Source: a virus. From it: DNA of 64,000 nt. The notes beneath the pieces were generated by a model, which saw only the letters and a program-made list of their open reading frames with translations, made no database searches and had not been told where the DNA came from. A program made the translations under genes and the position numbers. Position 1 is the first letter of the stretch, and every line of letters starts with the position of its first letter. Below, in pieces: positions 1-8,990 of the stretch. The DNA lies in the IMG/VR virus record IMGVR_UViG_3300008735_000002, positions 1 through 64,000 of that record. One strand, written 5' to 3'.

Positions 1-605
1 TCTTTCGGAATGCCGTCGGGTTTCGTGTGTTTCGTTTGGTCATCAAAGACCAAGTCACCCATTTCCACCCATGCATGAACGATAGGTTTCGGTGGCTTCT
101 CCCACTTGTCAGTTACCTTTCCATGCACAACCTTGAACTTACCCACGTTATTAAGATCCGGATGTCTTTTTGGCTTGCGACCAGGGCCGCCCTTCGTGAA
201 ATGATCGTCGAACCATTCTTCGGCTTTCTGAATTGCGAACGGAAAGCACATCCCTTGAGCTAGAACCTTCTGCTCGTGCAGCCCTTCTCGTAAACCCAAT
301 TCTCTCTCACGGTCTTCAACTTCTATTCTACCCATTTCTGCCCATTCTTTGGACGTTATGCCAATTTTGGCAAGCTCTCTATTAATGAGACTGGGACGGC
401 TCTGAGTAGACCCAACCGTGTCGTGAAGATATTTAGTTATTGAATTATTGTCCCATGGTAAGTCTTGAGGTTGAAGACCGAGACTGTCGGCTAGTTCCAT
501 TGCTTGCTTGATACCGTCAGGGCCTGAATCCATCAACTCTTTGAATTTATCATCGTACTCGGTGGATTCAATTAGAGCTCTTATGTATTCGCGGAGGAGG
601 TTCAT
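1..605 (-). CDS. LREYI-tagged protein with papain/transglutaminase-like C-terminal domain (3' end runs off window; not in ORF track)
   Basis: Hand translation from ATG at 605 is open to base 1: MNLLREYIRALIESTEYDDKF...QGMCFPFAIQKAEEWF...KFKVVHGKV...IVHAWVEMGDLVFDDQT. The G-x-C ... VVHG ... HAWVE pattern is typical of Cys-His-acid papain-like folds. Confidence 0.7.
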   Translation of the reverse strand, partial: MNLLREYIRALIESTEYDDKFKELMDSGPDGIKQAMELADSLGLQPQDLPWDNNSITKYLHDTVGSTQSRPSLINRELAKIGITSKEWAEMGRIEVEDRERELGLREGLHEQKVLAQGMCFPFAIQKAEEWFDDHFTKGGPGRKPKRHPDLNNVGKFKVVHGKVTDKWEKPPKPIVHAWVEMGDLVFDDQTKHTKPDGIPK

Positions 606-606
606 T

Positions 607-1152
607 TCATAATCCTATAAAGATAACGTCACCAGACGACGTGTAGTCTCGAACTAATGATTTCCAAACGCGTTTGGCAGCTTCTGAGGTACCTGAACCT
701 ATTGTACAGTGATGTGCTCCGATAAACACTCCGCCATTTCTTTTTGCGTACTCGCTGGCTTTATCTATGAATGCCTTGTAGATTTCTTTACCGTGGCCTT
801 TGCCGCGATTATCTTCATCATGGATCCATGCGTTTGCTACATCATAGAATGGAGGCGCGAACGGAGTACTTTCACCGGTTTCTTTCATAACCCACTCCCC
901 ATTTTCATCTCGTACTATTTCTGTTCTTGGCTTGGCATTTTTCATCCATTTCTCTTCGGCTTCAAGATACTCAGGCGTTTGCTTGATTTTATCAACGTCA
1001 GCTTGACATGCTTTGAAGCGAAGATTGCGACTGCCTTGGGCGTATCCAATTCTTCCCAGTTCAACTCGGAAATAATGCTCATCTCCTTTGTAGCTAAGAG
1101 AAGGAGCCTCAGCTAGTAGCTCTCTTATGTACTCACGCAGAGGATTCATCAC
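607..1152 (-). CDS. LREYI-tagged GNAT-like acetyltransferase
   Basis: N-terminus MNPLREYIRELLAE; acetyl-CoA motif A-like NRGKGHGKEIY near the C-terminus. Confidence 0.6.
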   Translation of the reverse strand: MMNPLREYIRELLAEAPSLSYKGDEHYFRVELGRIGYAQGSRNLRFKACQADVDKIKQTPEYLEAEEKWMKNAKPRTEIVRDENGEWVMKETGESTPFAPPFYDVANAWIHDEDNRGKGHGKEIYKAFIDKASEYAKRNGGVFIGAHHCTIGSGTSEAAKRVWKSLVRDYTSSGDVIFIGL

Positions 1153-1711
1153 AGTCTCCCGCTTTTACCAGCTCTTCAATCCCTTTCTGATCCCAGATAC
1201 AGCCTGATGCTACATCCCAGCCGTAATACCAAAAAAAATCATCATCGTTTCGTTTGCTCGAAAGGTATGGACATATCTCTATTCCCGAATAGTGTTCAGC
1301 AACCTTCGGCCAGTCGATCATCTTATCGAGTCCCTTGGTACCGTCAGGATCAGCAGGGTGGTTTACACTATACATCTTATTGAATTTTTCAAGGTGTTGC
1401 TCGTCTGGGATATGGAGTATGTGGTAGCCATCATCTTTAAGAACGACATTGTAGGTGCTGTCATATTTGTCATAGCCACCCGTCAGTCCAACCGTACAAA
1501 ACTCTTCCCATGTCTCCGAACTTCCGTCTTGGCACTCATACCAGAGGCCTTTTGGCTTGGAGCCGATCTTCTGAGAAAATCCACTCACCTGCGGTTTGGT
1601 ACCTGAACGAGTACCTCCTCGAGAATGGTGGATCCTCATCTTGTCTTGCGCATAAATCGGGAAATGAGATTCATTAAGAATTTCTCTTATGTATTCGCGG
1701 AGTGGGTTCAT
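1133..1711 (-). CDS. LREYI-tagged hypothetical protein (start moved to 1711)
   Basis: MNPLREYIREILNE begins at ATG 1711, which overlaps the upstream stop (ATGA). Contains KPKGLWY and WDVASGCIW motifs of unknown function. Confidence 0.65.
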   Translation of the reverse strand: MNPLREYIREILNESHFPIYAQDKMRIHHSRGGTRSGTKPQVSGFSQKIGSKPKGLWYECQDGSSETWEEFCTVGLTGGYDKYDSTYNVVLKDDGYHILHIPDEQHLEKFNKMYSVNHPADPDGTKGLDKMIDWPKVAEHYSGIEICPYLSSKRNDDDFFWYYGWDVASGCIWDQKGIEELVKAGDCDESSA

Positions 1712-2403
1712 AGTTCTACCCATCGGCCCATGTGCTGGATAGCAGCTATATTGTCCGGACCTTTCCACCGGTACATCTTTGTCTGTGGACTTTTTAGAAG
1801 AACATCTTTACCGTACGGATCCCAAGGAGTCTCTTCATTGTCTTCATCCCAAAAAGTCCCACCCTTGATACCTCTTACATACGCCTGCTGTTGCGAGCAA
1901 TTATCATTGCTGTTGCCTGGGGTGAGGTGGTCTTCTAAATCGTCGAGCTGAACCGGTTCGACGTCTGCACGATTCGTAAAGTAATAATTCCATACCTTGT
2001 TAGCTTCATATGAAACGCTACCCCTGTCTGGTGTTAACCCACTCCCTTTACTTGTAGCAACCTCCATCGCCAAATCATAAAGAAGTGGACCCCAGCCGCT
2101 TTCGGAAACGCTTACCCAGGTAACAGTGTAAGCACCCAAACATTCTCCCATCTCATTGCCGGTGGCGATCGTAGCTGATATTAAGCCAAGAGCTTTATCC
2201 GGGAACTTAGACTCGGTCCCGGCGGGACTAGTTACCTGAGGTGTCCCTGGCTCAGAGCCTTGTGGATTGAAATCATATAACTTTATCTCGAATGCATCTC
2301 CATAGTCTTCTATGGCGATATAATAACCACGCTTCTCAAATTCAGATAGACCTTGAGCGGCTTCTATCAACAGCTCTCTTATGTATTCGCGGAGTAGGTT
2401 CAT
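1708..2403 (-). CDS. LREYI-tagged GNAT-like protein
   Basis: MNLLREYIRELLIE; GWGPLLYDLAMEVA...SVSYEANKVWNYY resembles divergent phage GNAT folds. Confidence 0.55.
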   Translation of the reverse strand: MNLLREYIRELLIEAAQGLSEFEKRGYYIAIEDYGDAFEIKLYDFNPQGSEPGTPQVTSPAGTESKFPDKALGLISATIATGNEMGECLGAYTVTWVSVSESGWGPLLYDLAMEVATSKGSGLTPDRGSVSYEANKVWNYYFTNRADVEPVQLDDLEDHLTPGNSNDNCSQQQAYVRGIKGGTFWDEDNEETPWDPYGKDVLLKSPQTKMYRWKGPDNIAAIQHMGRWVEL

Positions 2404-3224
2404 CCTGGGCTCCAGAGTTCATTACGGCCTCTATCAAAAATAGGGATGCCAAGCTCTGTGGCCAGCTTAAAGATTTTCCCTATAACACCAGGAGCGTTGA
2501 CTCCTGCATTATCTTTAAACTTCTTGTCGCTTAAGCTTTGAACGCTTAACTTTATTGGCTCTACCCACTTACCGACAACAATTCCTATAGGCTTCCAGTT
2601 ATCTACAAGCGCTTCGTTTGTTTCACCGGCGATGCCCTTGTGCCATGTGGATTGATCTAACACATACGGCATATTCCTCGCCATCTTCTCAGCAAACTCA
2701 TCTCCACGCTTAAGTTGCCCATAGCGGCTAAAATCTTTTGATACGTGTGGAAGCTTATTCACACCCGATGATTTCTGTCTCTGTTCTTGCTCCTCCTCCG
2801 TATAGTCTGCATGCGGACCTGTATAGTCTGGCCACTTTCCACTAAAGAGTTGATCATGATCATTTGCGGCAAGTGTAATCCTACCTTTCACCCACAATCC
2901 TATTAGCATACCTGGAGGGTTTTGGAGTTTATCACCTGGTAAAGTCATAGTAGTTGATAGCTCATCTTTGCTTTTTCCTACGAGATATTCAAGACTATAG
3001 GCATCCTCTACCCAGTGAACGGTGTCCAGAGTAGAAAGCCACTGATGATCTGCATTTGCATTGAACGCGCGCTTGATCGCTTTACCCCCGCCCTTACCAG
3101 GATCACCACCAAAGAACATCTCTCCAGGCTCGCCGAATTCTTCTGAGGCAGCTGCAAGATCATGGACAAAACCCATGGGGTCTTCTTTTAGAATTTCTTT
3201 TATGTATTCGCGGAGAAGTTTCAT
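2400..3224 (-). CDS. LREYI-tagged protein, possible ADP-ribosyltransferase-like fold (start moved to 3224)
   Basis: MKLLREYIKEILKE at ATG 3224 (ATGA overlap). TVHW ... ELST ... NEALV spacing recalls an ART H-S-E arrangement (weak evidence). Confidence 0.4.
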   Translation of the reverse strand: MKLLREYIKEILKEDPMGFVHDLAAASEEFGEPGEMFFGGDPGKGGGKAIKRAFNANADHQWLSTLDTVHWVEDAYSLEYLVGKSKDELSTTMTLPGDKLQNPPGMLIGLWVKGRITLAANDHDQLFSGKWPDYTGPHADYTEEEQEQRQKSSGVNKLPHVSKDFSRYGQLKRGDEFAEKMARNMPYVLDQSTWHKGIAGETNEALVDNWKPIGIVVGKWVEPIKLSVQSLSDKKFKDNAGVNAPGVIGKIFKLATELGIPIFDRGRNELWSPG

Positions 3225-3694
3225 TTTGGATCCCTCCACCACTCGCCGCCTCGCGCCCTGTTGGGTTTGAAGCCGGCTCTTTTGTACCAAGACTTAAGAT
3301 CTTTGACACCAAGCTTTTCTGACCCGAAGGGGTGAGGGTCGAGGGACATAGGAACCTGATGTTTATCTGCCAATGCCACCAACTGATTCATGACTTTTGA
3401 AGCGAATCCTTTTCCTTCGCAAAGGCCGGGAGGCACGGTATGGATCGATCCGAAATGAATGGCACCATCCCAGATCGAAATATTGGTCATGACAAGACAC
3501 CACGTTCCCTCGATTTCTTCCATGGGCCAGTATCTATCACCCCGAAAGCCAATAGGGTTTTCTTTAGACATCGACTCGTACTCAGACATAAAAGCATCAA
3601 ACTGTTTTTTCAATTCTGGGCTCGGGCCTCTTTGTATGTTGATGGCCGCCTCTTCAGCAAGGAGTGCTTTTATGTACTGACGTAGTAAATTCAT
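3221..3694 (-). CDS. LREYI-tagged GNAT N-acetyltransferase (start moved to 3694)
   Basis: MNLLRQYIKALLAEE; EGKGFASKVMNQLVALADK (motif A) and LKSWYKRAGF (motif B). Confidence 0.8.
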   Translation of the reverse strand: MNLLRQYIKALLAEEAAINIQRGPSPELKKQFDAFMSEYESMSKENPIGFRGDRYWPMEEIEGTWCLVMTNISIWDGAIHFGSIHTVPPGLCEGKGFASKVMNQLVALADKHQVPMSLDPHPFGSEKLGVKDLKSWYKRAGFKPNRARGGEWWRDPK

Positions 3695-3695
3695 G

Positions 3696-4274
3696 CTAAG
3701 CAAAGCTCCCATAAATACGTTTGGTGACGATCGCAGAGGCCATTGCTAATTTTCTCTCGTAATAACAATCATCTAAAAATCTAATAAATTTTGGACCCAA
3801 AAATTCTTTTATCTTTTCCTCATCGCATACTGGTGGTACGCTAGAAGAACGTAAGATCTCTTCTATTTTCTCACCTGCCTCAATGAAGAATCCACCACCG
3901 TTTAGCAAGTCGAACATTTTGCCAACAAGCGCGCTCTTGGCTTCGCGTTTGCCCAGGCATCGCTCTTCCTGGCACGTTCCCAATAGTGCCATTTTATTTC
4001 CAAACGCAGTGGGTTTGTAAATGATGAATGCATCTGGAACTCCGTCGGGAGGAGTGTCGACATCAATCAAAAAGACACCCTTATACTTTTTGAGCCCGGC
4101 TGCGTTGGGCGCGCTCAAGTCCATGCCCAGGCTCAAGTAGGTGTTTGTGTACATGTCCCAAATCCGATCAAGCACATCAGCATCAAGTGATGCCAAGTCC
4201 GTATCCATCCATTGCATGCTAGGTAATGCTAATTCGATTAACAACTCTCTTATGTATTCACGGAACGGATTCAT
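3696..4274 (-). CDS. LREYI-tagged hypothetical protein, paralog of the C-terminal domain of 6261-7229
   Basis: MNPFREYIRELLIE; shares D-x-D..PD, K..I..I..VP.V..E..LG and Y.R...K..G patterns with the second domain of 6261-7229. Confidence 0.7.
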   Translation of the reverse strand: MNPFREYIRELLIELALPSMQWMDTDLASLDADVLDRIWDMYTNTYLSLGMDLSAPNAAGLKKYKGVFLIDVDTPPDGVPDAFIIYKPTAFGNKMALLGTCQEERCLGKREAKSALVGKMFDLLNGGGFFIEAGEKIEEILRSSSVPPVCDEEKIKEFLGPKFIRFLDDCYYERKLAMASAIVTKRIYGSFA

Positions 4275-5452
4275 TAGAAATACTTGGCTCCGATAGTCTT
4301 GACCTCTGGATGCTCCTCTGCCATCTTATCTTTCAAGTGACCGATCTCTTTTCGCATCATCTTTCCAAAATTCACGTTATCTCCTGGCTGGGCGACTGTT
4401 TCATAAAACTGGTCCATCAGCTTGCTAGCGACCCCTTGTCCTGTGGAATCTCCTCGAGTCTTCATATAATCGATGTACCACATGGTATTACCATCGCCGG
4501 ACTTACCTTGACTGTGATAATCTAAAAACCCAATAACACAGACATCGCTGACTCCCGGCACGATTTCTTCAAGAACTGGCTTCTTTAATCGCTTCCCGCT
4601 CTTTGAGTGCTTTCGCCAGTTTTCCCATTCCTTAAAATAAGCGTCACGGTGCGCTGGGGGTTCGGTTACTGAGGAGTCACAATAAGCAATACGTTTAACG
4701 TTGCTCGCGCGACTGTAGGTAAGCGGAGAATCGACCTCACGAAACTCGACAGACTCGTTTAGAAGGTCCATCGCTTCCATCAGGCCCAATGATCTCAAGT
4801 ACTGGTGGACGTTATCTTTATCCGACTTTGCCATGCCCTTCTTGTCAAGAAGCATGCTCTTGCGACTTCCTTTATCCCACCTGTATTCATTGACTTCTAT
4901 CAAGAGGTTCCTGATATAAGAGCGTAAAATAGACTCCATAACTGGATCTTCGAGTTCACAAGGTGTATCAAGAGCCTCTGCAACGAAATGTGGGATCGCC
5001 TCTAAGCCCAGTCCCTCGATCGTCTTTACAAAAGCTTCTAAGTGATTTGCTCTATCGTCCCAAACTTGCACAACCTCTAGATCAGGCATACCTTCTATAA
5101 ACTGCTTCATCATAGATGATTTCCACGGCTCGGTTCCACCGCCGGGCTTCAAGTGGACTTCGTCAAAAGACAAGCCTGCGCCAGCTATCAGTTCTTCCAC
5201 TCGGGCCGACAATTCGGGTGAAGCACCCCGGCCAGTCATAAGAACAGTGTACACTTCAGGATTCCCTATACTCTCCATCGCAGCTGATACGGTGCTACTA
5301 ATCCACATCCCGCTTGGGTCAACAACACAGGGCGGAGTGAGAGACTGAAGCGTATCGTACCACGAACCAATGTGACCTTCCCAGTCATCCGGATGCATCG
5401 GGCTCATAAATAAAGTAGCATCAAAATCGAATATGTGTAATTCTCTAATCAT
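4274..5452 (-). CDS. HAD-superfamily phosphatase fused through an internal LRSYIR tag to a GNAT domain
   Basis: HAD motif I IFDFDATLF, LMTGR, motif IV WDDR; internal MESILRSYIRNLLIE; C-terminal GQGVASKL GNAT motif A. Confidence 0.75.
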   Translation of the reverse strand: MIRELHIFDFDATLFMSPMHPDDWEGHIGSWYDTLQSLTPPCVVDPSGMWISSTVSAAMESIGNPEVYTVLMTGRGASPELSARVEELIAGAGLSFDEVHLKPGGGTEPWKSSMMKQFIEGMPDLEVVQVWDDRANHLEAFVKTIEGLGLEAIPHFVAEALDTPCELEDPVMESILRSYIRNLLIEVNEYRWDKGSRKSMLLDKKGMAKSDKDNVHQYLRSLGLMEAMDLLNESVEFREVDSPLTYSRASNVKRIAYCDSSVTEPPAHRDAYFKEWENWRKHSKSGKRLKKPVLEEIVPGVSDVCVIGFLDYHSQGKSGDGNTMWYIDYMKTRGDSTGQGVASKLMDQFYETVAQPGDNVNFGKMMRKEIGHLKDKMAEEHPEVKTIGAKYF

Positions 5453-6261
5453 CGTGCTTCCGCCAAAAGTAATTCACGAACGTAAAGCCTGACGTATTCT
5501 TCATTCTTCGACCTTTCACCCGGAAGTGCCGAACCGTATTCTTCCTCGTACCATCCTATTTCATCAGGTAACTCTTCGACAGACTCATCAGCGCCCACTG
5601 CGCTGATCACAATCGGGTTAATAATTTCACCCACGCCAATCGGGAGCGGAGGAATTGGAATACCTGTAAGCGAGAAAAATGCCATCGGAATAATAAAGTT
5701 ATCGAGAGCCTCTCCCACAACTATCCCTATCGCAATCGGCAAACCCTTCTTCAGTCCTCCAGCCAAGCCTTCTGCCTCAACAGCATTCCAAATTGCATCT
5801 TTGGCTTTACCTAAAAGCTTTATAGGATTAACTTTTTCATTAGCAGTCTCTAAAGCAGCAATTACCATTTGCTCAGAAATCTGATCTTCAAATTCTATGA
5901 TCTGTCTTTCGACGGCTTCTTTTCGTGCTTCAGTAGGAAGATCATTACCATCCCATGTTTTTGCGTTATCCCAGCCCCACGTATACCCCAATGCATAGTC
6001 CGCGGAATCTGCGCTATGGCCGACCTGCTGAGGACTTGGGTCTTGCGCTGACCAGTCAGCACGACGCTCAAACCTTCCTTCAATCGCGCCATCCAAAAAT
6101 TCCACCATGTCTTCATTAACTTCACGCTCTAGAACATGCCGCACCAAGTTTGGAGCCAGCCGTGTAAACACATCATCCATCATATCATCATAATCGTGTG
6201 TCTCAACATAGTCAGTAACACTACTCATAAGCGATTGTTTTTCTAACAGAAGACTTCTCAT
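5449..6261 (-). CDS. hypothetical protein with hydrophobic segment and C-terminal YVRLYVRELLLAE tag (start moved to 6261)
   Basis: ATG 6261 overlaps the upstream stop (TGATG); tag-like motif at the C-terminus. Confidence 0.6.
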   Translation of the reverse strand: MRSLLLEKQSLMSSVTDYVETHDYDDMMDDVFTRLAPNLVRHVLEREVNEDMVEFLDGAIEGRFERRADWSAQDPSPQQVGHSADSADYALGYTWGWDNAKTWDGNDLPTEARKEAVERQIIEFEDQISEQMVIAALETANEKVNPIKLLGKAKDAIWNAVEAEGLAGGLKKGLPIAIGIVVGEALDNFIIPMAFFSLTGIPIPPLPIGVGEIINPIVISAVGADESVEELPDEIGWYEEEYGSALPGERSKNEEYVRLYVRELLLAEAR

Positions 6262-7229
6262 CAACCACCACCCAAAAGAATCTTCATGTGGTCTCCACCA
6301 CAAGCACCGGAGATTCCGCGGCAATACCACGCTTCATAATCAGGCCCATAACGATCTGCGTACTTGGCTTCAGGATGTTTACCAACCCAGTCCACAGTCT
6401 TCCCCAGCGCTGCCTCTACAGCTTCTTTTGTGGGTACTGCTGGTACTCCATAGCGGGTTATCATAATATGCGCAATCTTTCCAGACATTTCACCGATTCC
6501 GCCAGCTTTTAAGTCCTCAGCGGTTTCTTCAAGATATCGATCAATTGCAGCTTGAGTACCGTCATGGCCCACAATACCCAGCTTAAATCGACCACCGCGC
6601 ATTTTACCACCACGAAAGTAATCCGGCTCAGGGTCTTCATCTATGTCTGCGCCCTTCATGATTGTATATTTCCCTGGGAGATCTGCGGGAGATTGAACCT
6701 TTATATTGCCATATGTCGCGGAAGTTTCGCCGTCAGAGGGCGTGAGCATAACATCTTTATACGCATTCTGTATCAGGTCGAATATTTCGTCATCTAAATC
6801 ACGAACTTCAGGAGGAGCATCTTCAGCAAAGTCTTCAGGTGAAAGAGGAACCGTCTTACCCTTCGGGGCGCCAAGATCTGCCCACGTCTTTTCCAAAATT
6901 ACATCCCTTATGTGCGCGCGTAAATCAGCTTCTTGCATCCGCACGTTATACGTACGTAAAGCAGCACCTGGGTGGGGTGCCAACTGATCCATCGTCTTTT
7001 TTAGAACGTCGCCTTCATTCCAGGTAGGCCCAGAATTTGTGCACTTATACTCGACGGTCTTTCCTTGATCGTCAGGTAATTCTTCTATCGAAAGAACGAC
7101 ACCCTCGCTGCCTTTATGCTTACAATTCGGGTTTACATTAACAATCGATTCCCCGACAACGGGCTCGTCTGTGTGACTTTGAAAAGTCTCATGCAGTACA
7201 TCTCGAATATACTCTCTTAAAAGATCCAT
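6261..7229 (-). CDS. two-domain LREYI-tagged protein
   Basis: MDLLREYIRDVLHE, a small beta-rich domain, then a second tag LRAHIRDVILE, then a domain paralogous to 3696-4274. Confidence 0.7.
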   Translation of the reverse strand: MDLLREYIRDVLHETFQSHTDEPVVGESIVNVNPNCKHKGSEGVVLSIEELPDDQGKTVEYKCTNSGPTWNEGDVLKKTMDQLAPHPGAALRTYNVRMQEADLRAHIRDVILEKTWADLGAPKGKTVPLSPEDFAEDAPPEVRDLDDEIFDLIQNAYKDVMLTPSDGETSATYGNIKVQSPADLPGKYTIMKGADIDEDPEPDYFRGGKMRGGRFKLGIVGHDGTQAAIDRYLEETAEDLKAGGIGEMSGKIAHIMITRYGVPAVPTKEAVEAALGKTVDWVGKHPEAKYADRYGPDYEAWYCRGISGACGGDHMKILLGGG

Positions 7230-7233
7230 CCAC

Positions 7234-7980
7234 TTATCCCCACAATACTGACATAAGTATTTCGTGGAGACGATGTTTTATCCCTTCTTTGCAGGTTTCT
7301 GGCGTCGCAGCACCACCATTTGACACTCTATATGCTGATATCTTCACATCTGGGGAATATTGCTTACAAAGTTGAGCAACTGCTTTGACATTTCTTTCAC
7401 TATCATCGTAAAAAATTAACTCTTCGGGCTGGTGCTGATCTAAGTAACCGGATAGGACCGATGCTTTTCCTTGGGGCGTTTCGCCATCCATATCACCCAC
7501 TGTATGTAACTGATCAGGTGATATGCTGATTCCATTATCATTCAAAAACTGAATGATCTGTTCCCTGTTCTGGGGCGCAACGTTCGCACCCTGCGCGGGG
7601 CTAAACATCGCTTTTTCTCCAGCTCTAGCTGTTACCACTAGCGCGATGGACTCTGGGTCTGCTTGCGCTTCGGCAAGCTTCGACAACATTGACCCAATTC
7701 CCTTCGAAAGCTCCATATCTATAGACGCCGTCTCTGAATAGTCGATCTCATCTTCGGTCCCTTGTGGGGTCGGCAAATCTTCAAAGAGTGCAAAATTTGC
7801 AGAGTCTAACCACCAAAATCCCTGATCTTTTCTGACATATTGAATATTATTGTCTAGAAGAAAGTCTTCAAACCCGAGGTCTTCAGAACCATCAGGTAAA
7901 AGACGCCTAATACCGATCGTAGAAACGGTATGAGCCAATGTGTCATCAAAATCAAAGGCTATGATTCTCTTAATAGGCAT
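7234..7980 (-). CDS. HAD-superfamily phosphatase
   Basis: AFDFDDTL (motif I), VVTAR (II), K, FYDDS (IV). Confidence 0.75.
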   Translation of the reverse strand: MPIKRIIAFDFDDTLAHTVSTIGIRRLLPDGSEDLGFEDFLLDNNIQYVRKDQGFWWLDSANFALFEDLPTPQGTEDEIDYSETASIDMELSKGIGSMLSKLAEAQADPESIALVVTARAGEKAMFSPAQGANVAPQNREQIIQFLNDNGISISPDQLHTVGDMDGETPQGKASVLSGYLDQHQPEELIFYDDSERNVKAVAQLCKQYSPDVKISAYRVSNGGAATPETCKEGIKHRLHEILMSVLWG

Positions 7981-8022
7981 ATCCTTAACTATATTGTAAG
8001 AAAACTGTGTTGCTTGTACAGA

Positions 8023-8907
8023 TCAGCTCTCTGGTCGCTCTACAACACGAATATTGATTATTGGCTCATGATCATCTGGTGTTTTGTCAACAACTCCTTC
8101 AAAATCACACTCGCTGGGGAAATAATAGAAAACAAACTCACGGTCTGGAAGGTGCATTGCCACCTGTGAGGTGGTCATCATCCCTGTATCTGGAATTGTA
8201 CGGCGAAGCATGTTGTTATTAGACTCTGGCTCAAGATGCTGCTGAGCTAGCGCCGGAGCGATTTCTTCGAAGTCACTGATATCCGCTAACTCCACTTCGG
8301 CTTGAGCTTTCCTAATTTTCGACGACATGTAGTCTTCTGGGCGCCGGTCTGGGGAATATCCAGCACCATCGTGCTCTTGACCATGATTTGTGCGCACATC
8401 ATACCCAGTCGTGGGATCTAATTTGTTAATAACTGGTGTGTGCTCAGAAGACATTTCAATGCTATACAAAGATGTAGGGTTACCTACGAATGTATGTCCC
8501 TTAATACCGCCCATAAAGCCGACAAGAGATTTTATAGCTTCATCTATGTCTTGAAACTGCAATGCATTTATCATTCTAGGACCGTCGTCAGAGGAGACCT
8601 TCCCCTTTGTTTTGTCTTTAATAGCTTTTTCATCATCTGAAATTGAAAGAGCGGAGTTAATGACGCCAAGGCCGTGAGAATTCATTCCCTCAGCATATCC
8701 CGTATCTAAATCTTCAAAATAAACGATTTCTGTGCCATCGTCTAAAAGGTCTCGAATTATCTCGACTCTTGCATGATAATTCCTGTCTCGAGACTTCGCA
8801 AGAACGTGCTTACCGTCAGCCTCACCGGCGACGATAATACATTCATCTATCTTTTGATAAGTTGCCAATCTTCTTAACACAGCGTGAAGTAATTTATGTT
8901 CGTTCAC
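8023..8907 (-). CDS. Ntn-hydrolase (acid ceramidase/C45/choloylglycine hydrolase-like) with a short propeptide
   Basis: CIIVAG...LAKSRDRNY and EGMNSHGLGVINSAL, RTNHG; nucleophile Cys preceded by a 22-aa leader ending KIDE. Confidence 0.65.
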   Translation of the reverse strand: MNEHKLLHAVLRRLATYQKIDECIIVAGEADGKHVLAKSRDRNYHARVEIIRDLLDDGTEIVYFEDLDTGYAEGMNSHGLGVINSALSISDDEKAIKDKTKGKVSSDDGPRMINALQFQDIDEAIKSLVGFMGGIKGHTFVGNPTSLYSIEMSSEHTPVINKLDPTTGYDVRTNHGQEHDGAGYSPDRRPEDYMSSKIRKAQAEVELADISDFEEIAPALAQQHLEPESNNNMLRRTIPDTGMMTTSQVAMHLPDREFVFYYFPSECDFEGVVDKTPDDHEPIINIRVVERPES

Positions 8908-8972
8908 AAGAAACCCCGATGCTAGAATCTAACTTCTCTAAATATGGCGTAAAAAAGCTTGGTTCTGTCCGA

Positions 8973-8978
8973 TATAAT
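8973..8978 (+). promoter_or_regulatory. -10 box (TATAAT) of the putative tmRNA promoter
   Basis: Consensus TATAAT 12 nt upstream of the tmRNA 5' end; no clear -35. Confidence 0.5.
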
Positions 8979-8990
8979 AGTTAATCCAAC

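Larger units (their letters stand above)
577..4274 (-). repeat. Dispersed ~30-nt gene-start cassette encoding the LREYI tag (7 tandem genes)
   Basis: Exact 16-mer TTATGTATTCGCGGAG (+ strand) at 581-596, 1687-1702, 2379-2394 and 3200-3215; variants at ~1125-1149, ~3670-3694, ~4250-4274 and ~59650-59673. Confidence 0.9.

Noticed and set aside
27-263. Plus-strand 78-aa ORF
   Set aside because: Antisense to the real minus-strand gene 1-605, which carries the tag and a papain-like motif.
577-4274. Regularly recurring repeats as a CRISPR array or attC/integron cassettes
   Set aside because: The repeats are in-frame coding gene starts 470-820 nt apart, non-palindromic, with no cas or integrase gene.
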